A stretch of DNA of 64,000 nucleotides from Camelus dromedarius (Eukaryota). Position 1 is the stretch's first letter. Each line of letters opens with the position of its first letter. Positions 12,546 to 26,075 of the stretch are shown one piece after another. The stretch covers positions 36,954,001-37,018,000 of the forward strand of contig NC_087436.1 of assembly GCF_036321535.1 (NCBI RefSeq), written 5' to 3'. A program made the translations under genes and the position numbers. The notes under the pieces are model-generated. The model saw nothing but the letters and a program-made list of their open reading frames with translations. It had not been told where the DNA came from and did no database searches.

Positions 12546-14642
12546 AAAATGAAAACAAAAGATATGAATTGGAGAGGTCTGAACATGAGTGTAACATTTA
12601 TGTGGGGAAGGACTTTTTAACATAAAAGCAGTAATAGAAATAAAAAGCAAAAATATATCTTTATTTGACAGCATGCAACTTAAATAGCTCTGTATATCAG
12701 GAAGATCACAAACAAAAGTGAAGGGCAAACTGGGAAAAACATTTTTCTATATTATAACTTACAGAGGATTGATATTCTTAATATCCAAAGTGCAGAGACA
12801 AATTTATAGGAAAAAGTTTCAGAGCCCTGTAGAAGAATAACCAAAGGATTTGGATAGGTAATTCACAGAAAAGAAAATACAAATAGTATTTAAAATTTTC
12901 ACACCCTCTAGTAATAAAAGAAGTGCATACTAACATACAAATACTTTCTCCCCTTGCTCAAATTAGTAAAGAATAAACAAGTCCAATTCTCAATGCTGTT
13001 GATGAAACGAGCAATTGTGTGGTACTGATGGGGAACAAGCAATGATGTGTCTTCTATTGGGGGTGGATGTTGAAGATTATTCATCCCAGAGTCATTTCTG
13101 AGGGGTCTCTAAGGTAAATCATAAAACTGAAAAGATAGGAAATATTATTACAGTTACTAGATTTACTCACCTTATTCGACAAAAGAGAATGAAATAGAGT
13201 GGAGGATGAAATTTGGTTTTTTGAAAATGAGTATAAGAAAATTAACTTTTAGGCACAAATATCCATTATTTTCCAGTTAAAATAATAGACTATTTGCTCC
13301 CCTTCCCCAAAGTCCAATTCTGACTGTATTGCTATCTTTTCCAACTTGAGGGTGAGTATCAGTCCCCTCCTGCCATAAAAATAACGAGAGTTCTGCCTAC
13401 TTCAGGTTAGCTGTGTCTATTGTAAAAAAGCCCTAGACAAAGATAAAAGATAGTAGAACTTGCTCACGTTGGAAAACTGGGCTCTTGGGAAAGAGGAGAA
13501 CATTTCTTGAGTTCTTCCTTCTTGCTCTTTTACTTCCTCTACAGTAAGGTTAGGTTTCACTACAGAAAAATCATCTAGAAAAGAGATACACAGCAATATA
13601 GACACATAGAGGTATCCACTGTGTGCAGAGAAAGCCCAAAAATTGAGCAGTGCATTGAGAACATGTAAACACAATGCAGAGACTTTGGGGTGCATGTGCT
13701 GGCTGGCACCATCCCCAGTCCCACGCTGGATGGCCTCTGCTGGCTTTGTGCTCAGGCACCAAGAGGTATCAGTGGGTTAGCTCTTGCTAACAGAATTTTG
13801 TGCTCAGTAGGTATGAAATCCAGAAAACTTGTACAGTGTGAGTTTTTGGTTTGTATTTCTCAATTTCAGTTTTAATTTCTCAATTAAAAAGAGGATGAAT
13901 GATCGACCTAGTTTTTATTCACAAGAATATTTTCTTTTCAAGTACATGAACTGTGGCTCCAGCAATATCATGAAAGACAAAAAGTGTTCCTGCCATGTTT
14001 TCACACAACATTATTCCCATGATGATCGTGCTCGTAAAGGCTAATTTGATGAAAAGACAATGTCACATGAATTTTCTTAAGTTGAAAGTTATATGTTTTC
14101 CATAACCTGCCCTGATTGGTGGTTCAGTTTACAATCCATCAGTTTGGCAGGGGAAAAAAGTTTGTTATTTATGCTCCAGTAGTTTTTTTTCCATTGAAAG
14201 ATTGAGATCTTCTTGTGTCGAGCATTTTCCCTTTAAATCAGAAAACCTCAAATAAGGGTATTATTTTTGTAATGGTTTCAATTTGTTGGTTCACTGAAGT
14301 TAGGAAACAGCATACAAATTTTATCCAGCTGGCTATGACTGGTGTGGCAGGGTAAGGAGATTTTTTTTAGGAGGTAAAGCAGTTTTAAAAGATAAAGGTT
14401 ACTGCCCTATTTTAAAGTCATTGAAAAGAGCAAATTCATCTCCTAGAGGGATTTGCTTTTTTGCCTTCACTTGGTACTATTATATTGGTTTTACTTTCTT
14501 TTTTAAAATGTTCCTTGTGTACTTGTATTAGGATTTTGAATCACTGGAGAAAATATCTGTGTTTTCTTTTTCATGGATTAATAGGAATCAACAGATGCCA
14601 TATGGAGCTGTATTATGATCTCAATTAAGAAGAAAGTAGAGT

Positions 14643-14760
14643 GGGAGGAGGGTATAGGTCAGTGCTAGAGTATGTGCTTGGCATGCACGAGGTCCTGGGT
14701 TCAATCCCCAGTACCTCCAGGTTTAAATAAATAAATAAAGTTACCCCACCCCAATAAAGA
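14643..14760 (+). mobile_element. Vic-1-like SINE
   Basis: Head with GGTCCTGGGTTCAATCCCCAGTACCTCCA, (TAAA)n; degenerate TSD AAGAAGA..GTAGA. Confidence 0.85.
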
Positions 14761-16607
14761 AGAGGGTAGAATTTTAGTAGTATAGGAGATATACTTTTTA
14801 AGCTGAATTACAAATTATTTTTAAAAATGAGTACAACGCAATACTATGATTTTAGCTAGTTTTTAACATATATTAAGCGTTTACACTGTATGGTGTAAGT
14901 CACAGTGGGTCAAAGATTGATCATTATATAATGCCATATGGAGAGGGTTGATTTCCACCAAGTCTTTGAAGGCTGTGTAACCCTCATATAATTTAATTAA
15001 TGCCATAAAGCATTTAAAGATTCAAATGTAAAGATTAGCTCAAGAAGGAAGAGCAAGAAGAAAGAGCCATAATACAACATTAATATTTCTGTACTCAGGG
15101 GCTTAAAACCTAAGAAGGAAAGGCTAGAAACCCACAAAAGGGAAATTTGTCCATCAATTTCATATGGACATATGTCCCAGTGTCTCTTAACTTCATGCGG
15201 ATTTTCTGTTTTACAGAAACCCTTGGCGTATTCCAAAAAAAAAGGGTTTGTTGACGTCCCAGTAATCTGGTTTGATGACACTGTATACTCTACCTGTAGA
15301 TTTCTCTGAATGCACCTTCTCATTCCTAAGCCAAGCCTCGCTGGAGTCACAGGACTGCCTTTATTTAATGTTTATCCAACCTCCCACAAATGCAGATCCT
15401 CCAAATACCAAGACATTTGGACCAACATTCAAATTAAGACTATTTTAAATGCTGACTATCTTGGCAAGCATATGGAATCCAAGTCTCCATTGTAATAGCT
15501 TTTTCACATTTCTTCAGAGCTTACTGTGTGCCCTAGAAAAGGACCACTCAGCACCAATGCAATGCTGATGCATTTTTGTCTTCTTGTACCAAACACCTGC
15601 CTGGCACATAGGAGGGGCTGACAACATTCTGAAGAATGAATGGATGAATGCATGCATGCATGCATGAATGAGACAAACATTTAAGAACCATAGAGGGAAT
15701 GAGGATTTTTAACACAGAAGGAGCTGTGAAGCAGGGAGGAAATGATCCAAAAGACCACAGGGACAGAGGTGGAAGCCTTCAGACTTGATTATATCTTATC
15801 ATGAGTTCAAATAAGGACTGCATTGATCTTGAAATCCTGTTTTCAAAAATCAGAACCTAGGAAGAGTGACAAAATCTTGAGTTTGGAAAGAAGATCTAAT
15901 ATATACGTAGCAGCTAGCAATGACCCGTGAGCCTCAGGATCTGGGACTTTTATAACTGAATTGAAAGGAACTTACAATATAAAATATGCTTTTTCACATT
16001 GAACTCATTAAGTAAGGAAAAATAGCATCTTTTTGTAGTACTTTCAAGCTCCCAAATCCTCCTAGTCTGTGTTACAGAAAAAAAAATTCAGTTAAGCATT
16101 TCAAACTTGACATTTGTAAACTCATCCTCACCACCTGTCAATGGATTGTCAAGTTCTCCTTCTGCACAACGATGCAGCTGTCATAGCAAAGTCAGTGGAC
16201 TTCCCAGAGGGCGAGTGCACACTTGGGGGCAGGAGTGAGGATTTGGGGGAAATTGACCCTCTACTGCCTATCCTGGGAATGAGTTTTTACTTTTATTTTT
16301 TCTTTTTGTTTATCTTTTTTGTTTGTTTAATTAGAAGAGCTGATGGGAAACTGTATACCAGTAAATGGAAACCTGTTCATTCCCTTGTAAGCATGCTATT
16401 GATAAGTAGCCAAGTGACTGGAGGGATTGCCCAGAGTTACTAAGAAGCATTCAGATCATTAACTCGAATTTGATTAAAGTTGAATGCTTTGCCCAGAGGA
16501 AACTGCTGCCGTTTTCTTTGCCTTTCAGAGTTTGTGAAAACATTTCACGGGTCCTAACAGGTTCATTCTTATTGTTTATTCTTGTTTTTGGAAGACAGTG
16601 ATACCTT

Positions 16608-16659
16608 ATTTTTTTGTTTATTTTGTCTTGTTTTGGGGGAAGTAATTAGATTTATTTGT

Positions 16660-16710
<51 letters not shown>

Positions 16711-16792
16711 TTTTTTAAGGAGGTACTGGGGATTGAACTCAGGACTCTGTGCATGCTGAGCACAGTCTCTACCACTGAGCTGTACCCTCCCC
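16608..16792 (-). mobile_element. Vic-1-like SINE with (TTTA)n
   Basis: Reverse-complement head GGAGGTACTGGGGATTGAAC...CTACCACTGAGCT; TSD AAGACAGTGATAC(C/G)TT at 16592-16607 and 16796-16811. Confidence 0.88.
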
Positions 16793-17905
16793 TAAAAGAC
16801 AGTGATACGTTGATTTTTGTGTTGCTAAACACTCTTTTTAAAAAATACGTTGGCACTCATAGTTGATTTGTGAATGACCCTAAATAATTCCAAGCTTGGG
16901 CAAAGTGCACCTGACCATTCAAAGAAAGGCATATCCAGCTGCAAATAAGACAGTTTATCCTAAGAAAGGCATATCTAGCTACTTTTTGGCATAGGGACCT
17001 TTTCACATTGGCCTGACTATAAACATATTCTGCTACCTGAATAAGGATAGGGCCTTAGAGAAATCCCAGTCCTTCTAAATAGACGCAGACAGATGCCTTA
17101 GAAAATCTGTCGGCAAAATCAATAAAATAAAACAAACTAGAATAGAACAAAATAAAATAAAATGACAGGAGTGAAATAAATATAATTTGCTCTTTTTTTT
17201 TTTCCCTGATTTGAACTGTTGTTATAAAAGAACTGCTGGAGATGAATGTGTTTTTTTGACCTGTGGGAGCGGAAACAACAAAAAGAGGACAGATTACTGA
17301 AACAGGAAGGAAGTAACATTTGATGCCAGTTCCTGGAAGCAGTGCACTTGTGGACCAAGCTTAATACTTGCAGTTTCATTGAGCTTCTGCAGACCTTATG
17401 CATACTTGCTATGGTAGTACATACATACACACAGGGCATATCATGTATGTTTCTCATAGATGTAGCATCTTAGAAGTTGCTCATGAAAATTCATAACACA
17501 TTTCTCTTTTAGCTAGAGTACACGGTAAACCAAATAACTGTTTTCTTTTCCATTTTGAACTGAATGCAAGTAAGCTGGCAGACAGCCCGATGCGACATGT
17601 TTCTGCAAAGGAAAGCATGGGTCACCCAGATTCCAGAGAGGAGTCTGAATATGGAGTTTTGATCAGAAAGAACTGTAATTAAGGACAACATCAGTTTTAC
17701 CCTTGTGTTCACTTCTTGTACGAGTTCTCAAGCAATTTTGAAAAATAGAATGAGGGTAAAGGAGAATACTACCAGAATCCTTCAGTGCCTGTATTCTGGG
17801 AAAATATGCATTAATGTCTTTAGGATGCACTGGCATTCAGCTGAACTGTGGACAATGGCATGGTAACCTATCTCTCTCTCTCCCTCTCTCTGTCTCGACC
17901 AACAG

Positions 17906-18070
17906 TTTGTGGCTCACCCCAACTGCCAGCAGCAGCTCTTGACAATCTGGTACGAGAACCTCTCAGGCCTGCGGGAACAGACTGTAGCTATCAAGTGTCT
18001 GGTGGTGCTGGTCGTGGCCTTGGGCCTTCCCTTCCTTGCCATCGGCTACTGGATCGCACCTTGCAGCAGG
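17906..18070 (+). CDS. TRPC3: TRPC3 exon 4 (pre-S1 region)
   Basis: caacag|TTTGTGGCT encodes [19 protein letters not shown]...YWIAPCSR; donor gtacag; 165 nt. Confidence 0.96.
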
Positions 18071-20748
18071 GTACAGGCTTTTCCACTCCCATTTCCTCTG
18101 TGGTTAGCGTACCGTGTCCTTTGAGGATGAAAAGGGAAAAAGCTTCCTACTTAAGGGCCTTTATCAGTTTTACTCTGAATGTTAATTGACTCAAGAACAC
18201 GAATTCTGCTTTTTAAAGACTGGATCAATCCAAATAAGGGATGAAAAAGGATTTGGTCCTAGTGGGATAGATCATATTTGCAGGCATATCATACTTAAGC
18301 TTTTAAGATAAAATCCCCATGGTAGGCAGGAGGAAAAGCTGCTTAAGTGAAGTAGCACTTGTGCTGATTCCATTGCCAGCTTAACAGAGAGTCCACCGGG
18401 CTGGCCTGCGGAAGGGGAGCAGCCCTACTGCAGTTGTTCCAAGAAACAGTTAACCTGAGAACTGAAAAGGCAGCTCGGTAAACCTGGAAGGAGATCCAAG
18501 GCTGAGAATATTAAGCACAGTTGTGAACGGTGATATTATCCAAATTCTTCAAGAAAGCTCATGTCAGGTTCCCCTAGCCCTTTGTTCCTTCAGAAGATTC
18601 TAAAAATGTAGAATTGGGGTCTGGGGCTTTGGATTTTTAAAATTGTTTATCTGTTCAGTTTTGCTTGAATCATTTTGGTCACTACCTTTATCCCGCTCTC
18701 AACTTTGCCAGTATACAGTCAACTTAATTGTGTCTGAGCACAATGTGGAAAGAGCAGAACTCACGCTAACAGAATCTGGAGGAGGTTACTAAAGGGCACT
18801 GCCAGGGAGAAGACGCTGTTCTGAGATCCTTTAATCCTGTTTTCATATTCTGAAATCTGGTTTTGTTTAAATCAGAGACAGTTTCAGGCAAAGTGAGTCA
18901 AGGCCACTCAGAAATGACCCTGGAAATCTGCCATCTCTCTGGCGCAGCTGCCAGCCCCCGCAGAGTCCTGTTCCGCAGGCCCATATACGCGTGAGAATAT
19001 TCATCCATCTCACTTCCTCGTTGAGCTGCCCATGCAGTTTAAGGCAGAAAGTTTGTCATTTTGATCAATTTTGATGACTCAACTAAGTTCCTTTGTTATA
19101 TATCATGGAAAAGTACCCTAAGAGTCCACTAATACATAAACACTAAAAACTGGAAACTAAATAAGGAGAGAGCACACGTTAAAGCAAAAATCATAACCCA
19201 CCCAAATAATTTCCCCTTTTGGGGGGAATACATTGGAAAATTTATGTTTATATGTGTTTGTCTTTTAGGGCAGCTTTCTCAGGTAAAACATCAGGTCTGA
19301 AGTAGGCATCTTGAAGGCCATTCTTTTTCCTCTTCACTTTGTGTAGCTAATGGTGTGATGAACTCTGCCCCGCAGAGAAGGGAAAGGAGGGAATTGAGTC
19401 ATTTTTTTTAACCTGCCATACACCACTCATCCTTGCTGAACAGACAACATAGCAAGAATTCTCCACCTGTATCCCAGTTTTAAGATAGGCATGCTGCTCT
19501 TTTTTTTTTAATGTTATCTAACATTTTCAAAGATCAACCTTTAGGAGAAGAGACTTGCAACTCCCAAGAAATCACTATGTACTATGAATGAGCTGACCCA
19601 ATGTGCCCTCTGTGCAGCTGTGGAACAGAACAGTGATATGTAAATGTGTGGTTTATTTTTCTGTGTCTAATATGGAAAATGTGACATTTGTCTGTGTGCA
19701 TTCATGTCCAGTCCCAGAAATGCTGGACATTCTTTGGCTATTTGTTGACATCAAATTAAGCTTCTGGACATACAAAAACATTTGTTTGAAGTTACAGTCT
19801 TTTAAATGTGAACCTTGGTAATTTTTAAGGTCACAGACTAAGTTTGAAAGTAGGGTCTGAGTATGCAGAATAGAGAACTTGTTAAATCTGTTAAATATAC
19901 TAATTCTTGGACTGCAGAAGCCCTTGCAACGGGAGGATTTGTTTTTCCTTTCTACTAGAACATAGGGCTTTTAATCCCCTTATATCATGTGGGATTTTAA
20001 AAGAGTTACCTTAAAATCATTATAAACTGAACTTTAAAAATGCTTTTCTACTATTCATATGATTTTTCAGACCCAGGGGTGACTTTTAATTAAGTTAACC
20101 TATTTAGAGGTTTTAGTTATTGTGTATCTCTCTGTTGTTATTGGGTAGTAACAGGTATTTATCTTGATTATAGTATTTTCTGCCTTTTATATCATACAAA
20201 GTACAAATCGACTATGGAATATTTAGAAATGAGAAGAAAATTTTTCTTCTGTGGTAGTTAAGCTTTTTTTCGTCTTTAAAGCGTTTGTAATGTGCTAGAA
20301 ACGCATCAAAACATTTCAATTATAAATGAATGAGGACGCAAGTCATCATAACATTTCAGCTACAAAGAATTACACATTACAAATTTGGAGTGTCTATTCC
20401 TAGACTCTAAAAACCTTGACATTGCATAGTCTTTCATATAAAATAAGAATAACATTATATGCCTTGTGATTTCCAGAAATGCATCTGTGATTATGTATAG
20501 CCTAAGACAAACTAGATATTTAGAGACAATGAAGTTTGAAGACTTCTTAAATCGTTTTTGGAGGACACAGCCCCTAAAAGGAGTAATTTTCACAATGCAT
20601 AACTCTTCAGAAATGGAAGCAGAATTTTGAAAAAGTATTCTCATTTCACCTTTTTTTTTTAACCTGTATAGTAATTTTCATAAGCGGAAGCCAGATTTTC
20701 TGAAGTAAAAGTTTCCTTTTTGTTTGTTTGTTTTTGGCCTTATTTCAG

Positions 20749-20965
20749 CTGGGGAAAATTCTGCGAAGCCCTTTTATGAAGTTTGTGGCACATGCTGCTT
20801 CTTTCATCATCTTCCTGGGCCTGCTTGTGTTCAATGCCTCAGACAGATTCGAAGGCATCAGCACGCTGCCAAATATCACTGTTATTGACTATCCCAAACA
20901 GATCTTCAGGGTCAAAACCACCCAGTTCACGTGGACTGAAATGTTAATTATGGTCTGGGTCCTTG
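20749..20965 (+). CDS. TRPC3: TRPC3 exon 5 (S1-S2)
   Basis: tttcag|CTGGGGAAA encodes [19 protein letters not shown]...LIMVWVL(G); donor gtaagc; 217 nt; N-glycosylation sequon NIT. Confidence 0.97.
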
Positions 20966-22327
20966 GTAAGCCTTTTAAGTATTCTTATTTCTAACAAAAA
21001 TAATGTCTCTATAATGACTGCCATTTTCTGTTTAAAATGCTACTGTACATTATGTGGTGACAATATCACCATTATAAGATAAGCAGAATAGCAAAATAAT
21101 TGAATCATTTGGGAGCTTGATAATGCTAAACAGTATCCCTTAACACTAAGTAAAATTTTTATAAGTAGCATGAGCCTAACTAGAAGTATACCACATTTCA
21201 GAAATCTAATTTCAAGTATTGAGTAAAATGCAGTCTTTTTAATGTGACTCACTGTAATGATCAAATATTTAATCGAAATACTTCTGAAATAACCCAGTGG
21301 CAATTAACTGATGATCAAAGAACATTTATTGCTTTAGTTTCAGAGGTTTTTTAAGGAGAACTTCCATTTTCAAAATGTTTATTACCTCACCTCACAATAG
21401 CCCATTTTGAATAGCTATGTTAAGGTAAAAAGTTTAAGCAATGTGAGAAAAAAATGGAGATTGGAACCAGTTTATCTATTGATCATTAATCCAAAGTCAT
21501 TTCATATCTTGTATCTATTTCACCCAGCGTGTTTCTTGGTATCTTCTCAGTTCCTGAATTAACAGATTGTTTCTCCTGCTCATTTGCTCCTGTGGCCTCA
21601 ACCTGGGCCAAGTAATTATTTTATGAATTTTATTTTAAGCCATTTACGTATCTTTAAAAAATTCTACAATACTTTTCCCTTACGTAGTCAGGACAAGTTA
21701 TTGAATTGGACTATTTTGTCCTCTTCCCCTAGAATGGCATTTTCTGCTTTCAGTTTCTTCATAATGTCCTAGGGCCTCCTGCTTAAGGGTTTCTTCTTTT
21801 TTCATTGATATTCCTCACCTTTTCAGCGTGAAGCTGAAATGAGGAGAGGGTAGGGGAATGAGGTAAGTGCTCCTGAGTGATTGGGAAACTGTTCTTGTTA
21901 AAAGTCTACAGTGAGTTTCTCAATTATGGGCTTATTTCTCCAATAATCACCATGATTTGATAATTAACCATTGTGATTTTATAAAGATGAATTTTCTCTT
22001 CTCCTCCAAAAGTCATTTGACATGAGGAGCCTTTCTTGTTTATTTCCTTCCCTCCTTCCTGCCCCATCCCCTATAAATGTAGCATCGTTTCTGGTGTCAC
22101 GTGTGGAACTATATTTCACCAAAATCTAACATGGTGGAGCTGAAGCTGCTTCTTCCATTTAACTCTGCCCAGCACCTCCGTGAGCTGTGGTCAGCAGTGC
22201 TTTCGGGTACCTAGGGGCATGCTTTACATTTGGGGCATTTTATAGATGGGGACTGATGGTGCATGAAATAATAGCATCTCAGCCTAAGCTGTAAAATCTC
22301 CTCTGGAACCTGTGTATCTTGTGACAG

Positions 22328-22561
22328 GCATGATGTGGTCCGAGTGTAAGGAGCTCTGGCTAGAAGGACCCAGGGAGTATATTTTGCAGTTGTGGAACGT
22401 GCTGGACTTTGGGATGCTCTCCATCTTCATCGCTGCTTTCACGGCCAGATTCCTGGCTTTCCTTCAGGCAACGAAAGCACAGCAGTATGTGGACAGTTAT
22501 GTCCAAGAGAGCGACCTCAGCGAAGTTACACTTCCACCAGAGATACAGTATTTCACTTATG
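22328..22561 (+). CDS. TRPC3: TRPC3 exon 6 (S2-S3)
   Basis: gacag|GCATGATG encodes MMWSECKELWLEGPREY...EIQYFTY; donor gtaagt; 234 nt, phase 1-1. Confidence 0.97.
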
Positions 22562-22650
22562 GTAAGTTGTCAGATGCAGAATTCTCTTATGTCTCAGGAA
22601 GGGTACTGGAACTACATTTTGGAAGGAAATGCCAATAAAGAGAATGTTTA

Positions 22651-22795
22651 GGGGGGCATATATAGCTCAGTGGTATAGTGCGTGCTTAACACTAGGTTCA
22701 ATCCCCAGTACCTCCACTAAAAATAAATAAACCCAATTATCTACTCCCCCCCAAATAAACCCCACAAACAAACAAAAAATAAATAAATAAAAATA
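22651..22795 (+). mobile_element. Vic-1-like SINE with small internal deletion
   Basis: TATAGCTCAGTGGTATAGTGCGTGCTTAAC..GGTTCAATCCCCAGTACCTCCA plus A-rich tail; starts 89 nt after the exon 6 donor. Confidence 0.85.
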
Positions 22796-24910
22796 ACACA
22801 AGGAAAGGACCATTTAAAAAACTATGCAAGTATGTTTAGTATGAGATATGTGTTGAATGTGCAGAGACAGTGGAGAAAGCATGAGCTTTAGAGCTCTATA
22901 AAACTGTATTCATGTTAAGGCACTGCCTCTCCCTTGCTGTGTGACTTTGTTCAAATTAACTTACTTCTCTGTGCCTCAATTTTCATATCTATAAAAAGAA
23001 GGTTTTTGCAAGATGGGAGAAAATTACCTTTAAGCCTAACAGCATAATTGCTCATGTATTCTTAGGACATGAAATTGTCTTAATTAGGGGGGAAGATGGC
23101 TTGATAAACTGCTTAATGTGGAAGATAAGTCCCTGAGGGCCTGAGTTGGAGGAGATAAAATAATAAAAGATGCTGAGCTGCTATACCGGTGCAGTGAACA
23201 AAAATTCAGCAGAGGCAGGAAGTAGGAGCTAAAGTGACAGTGAGAATGTAAACTTTGCAAAACGGCCAGAAATGCTGGGGAGGATGTTTACTCCTCCTCA
23301 ACATGACGTGGAATGGAGTTCATGCTGAACTTCCCTAGATCATGAAGAGCAGGGAGACACCAGTGATGTCCAGTGTGCAGTGATACAGATGCTTTCCTTG
23401 CTCGGCACAAACTGATGTTAAGCAATGTTAGCCACCCCTTGAGGTCAAATTAGGGAGCTGCTGTTAGCAAATTTTCATATAGTTGCAACATCTTTAAACC
23501 TGGAAAAGACTTTAGCACTTATTATCTAACCTTCATTTTAAAGGTAAGGAAACTCAGACATAGAGTTTAAATGTGTTATGATTGTGAAGAATAACTCTTT
23601 CGTAAGTGTAATTAAGGCTTACATTGGGATAAGTACAAGCAGCATGTTAACGTTATTGAATAAGGTTGGGTGCCTGCTCTAAAATGAAGATGTACATTTA
23701 TCTAAAATATGTGTAGTTTACAGGAACCATACCACAAGAAAGGAGTTATAAACAAACAAACAAACAAATAAATAAATAGATAAAATAAAGATATGCATTT
23801 CATACATTGTGAAATTTACACACGTTATCTCTTATTGTCAGCAAGCAAAGATTTTTATATACCAAGCAGGCCAGATCAAATGAATAAATGATTACCATTT
23901 CTAATGAAGGAATTAGATTAGATTGTATTTTTGTGTAACACGCATCTTGACTGTTTCAATAGCTGTTTATTTAAATTTTCTCATGTGTGTCTAATGACTA
24001 TCATCTGGAGGGAAATCTGTGAATTTGGCCTTCACTCCTTGTTATGATTTTGATTGAGTTTTTAACCTTTCTAAGTCTTGATTTCTGCATCTCTGAAAAG
24101 AGAATAATAACCTCGGGTCCATAGGGTCATTGAAAGCACAGTGTCTGATACATGTTCAACATTCAATAAATGTACATTTTTGTTATTGTTGTAAATGTCT
24201 ACAATGCATCTGTCCTTCTGGGAGTGACCTAGTTTGCACAAAATTAACCATGTGGTGTTCCATTGATCTTCCAAGGAAGTGAGTATCCAATAGTCTACTG
24301 TGAACTGACTAAGTGACCTTGAAAAGGATATTTTGGGGTCCTCATTTGGAATCTGTCTCCAAGAATTTTGTACCTCAGTAGCATTTTAAACCTTCCAGGA
24401 ACCAGCTATATTGCTCAGACATTGCATTGACACAGCACCAGTGTGATTCAGTGACATTCTCACTTCTTGTAATATGGCAGTTTACTTGCATGAACTGTTA
24501 GATGGACAAGTTTCCCCACGAAATATGGAAAAGAAGTTTTGTGCTAAATGAGCCTGTAGGATGATAAAATACCTGGTCAATAAACTTGGTAACCGAGGGG
24601 ACAAATGAGTCAAGTCAGTTGTTTTGTCATCCTGGACACAGTCTGTGTCTAATGAAGCATTTTAACCTCTTTCTTCATCTTTTGTGCTTTATTCTGTTTC
24701 TGCTCAATGCAAAGTCAGCTTCACATCTTTATAATAGCGTTTCCTCCATTAAAAGAAACCGTATGAGTGTAGAATTCATGTTTCTGGTTTAACATGAAAA
24801 ATAGTGACTGGACAGTTAATTAAATGTAGAGTAGTTTCAACTGAGATAATAACCACCTACTTACAAGATACATCCTATTTAAGGGATTTGGCATAGTTAG
24901 CAATGAATAG

Positions 24911-25213
<303 letters not shown>

Positions 25214-25347
25214 TAAGTAAAACATCTTACAAAAAAGATATGATAAAGGGAAATTCTAACAAGTTTAGGTGAAGCAGAAAAAATTATTCAATGATTGTAA
25301 TAAAGATATTTTTAAGAGCAGAAAAAATCCATTAAAAGCAGTGCTTC

Positions 25348-26075
25348 AAATAACCAATGTTGGTGAGGATGTGGAGAAAAGGGAACCCTCCTACACTGCT
25401 AGTGGGAATGTAAATTGGTATGGAAGTTTCTCAAAAAACTAAAGACAGAACTACCTTATGACCCAGCAATGCCACTCCTGGGTATATATATCTGAAAAAA
25501 ACAAAAATAATTCACAAAGATGCATGCACCCCAATGTTCATAGCAGTATTATTTACAATTGCCAAGATATGGAAGCAACCTAAGTGTCCATCAACAGATG
25601 AATGGATAAAGAAGATGTGGTATATGTATCCAATGGATTACTACTCAGCCTTAAAAAAAATGTTGCCATCTGCAGCAACATGGATGGACCTAGACATTAT
25701 CATACTAAGTGAAGTAATTCAGGCAGAGAAAGACAAATACTGTATATCACTTATATGTGAAATCTAAGAAATACAAAAAAACAATGAGTATAGCAAAAAA
25801 GAAGCAGACTTACAGATATAGAGAACTAGGGTCACCAGAGTGGGGGGAAGTGGGGAGGAGAAAGATAGAGGTAGAGGAAAGAGGTACAAACTACTATGTA
25901 TAAAATAAATGAACTACAAGGAGATATTATACAACACAGGGAATATGCCAATATTTTAGAATAACTGTAAATGGAATATAACCTTATGTTGTACACCTGA
26001 AACTTATATAGTAGTGTACATCAACTATACCTCAAAAAAAAGTAAAGAAATGGAGAAAACCTTAAAAAAAAAAAA
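25348..26075 (+). mobile_element. 5'-truncated L1 (end of ORF2 plus 3' UTR)
   Basis: ORF MFIAVLFTIAKIWKQPKCPSTDEWIKKMWY... is the L1 ORF2 C-terminus; poly(A) tail; degenerate TSD AAAAG..AGTGCTT. Confidence 0.92.

Noticed and set aside
14107..14150. Imperfect hairpin CTGCC-CTGATTGG...CCATCAG-GGCAG
   Set aside because: Short and bulged; not pre-miRNA quality and within chance expectation.
25534..25767. ORF with W-rich motifs
   Set aside because: Dead fragment of L1 ORF2, not a host gene.
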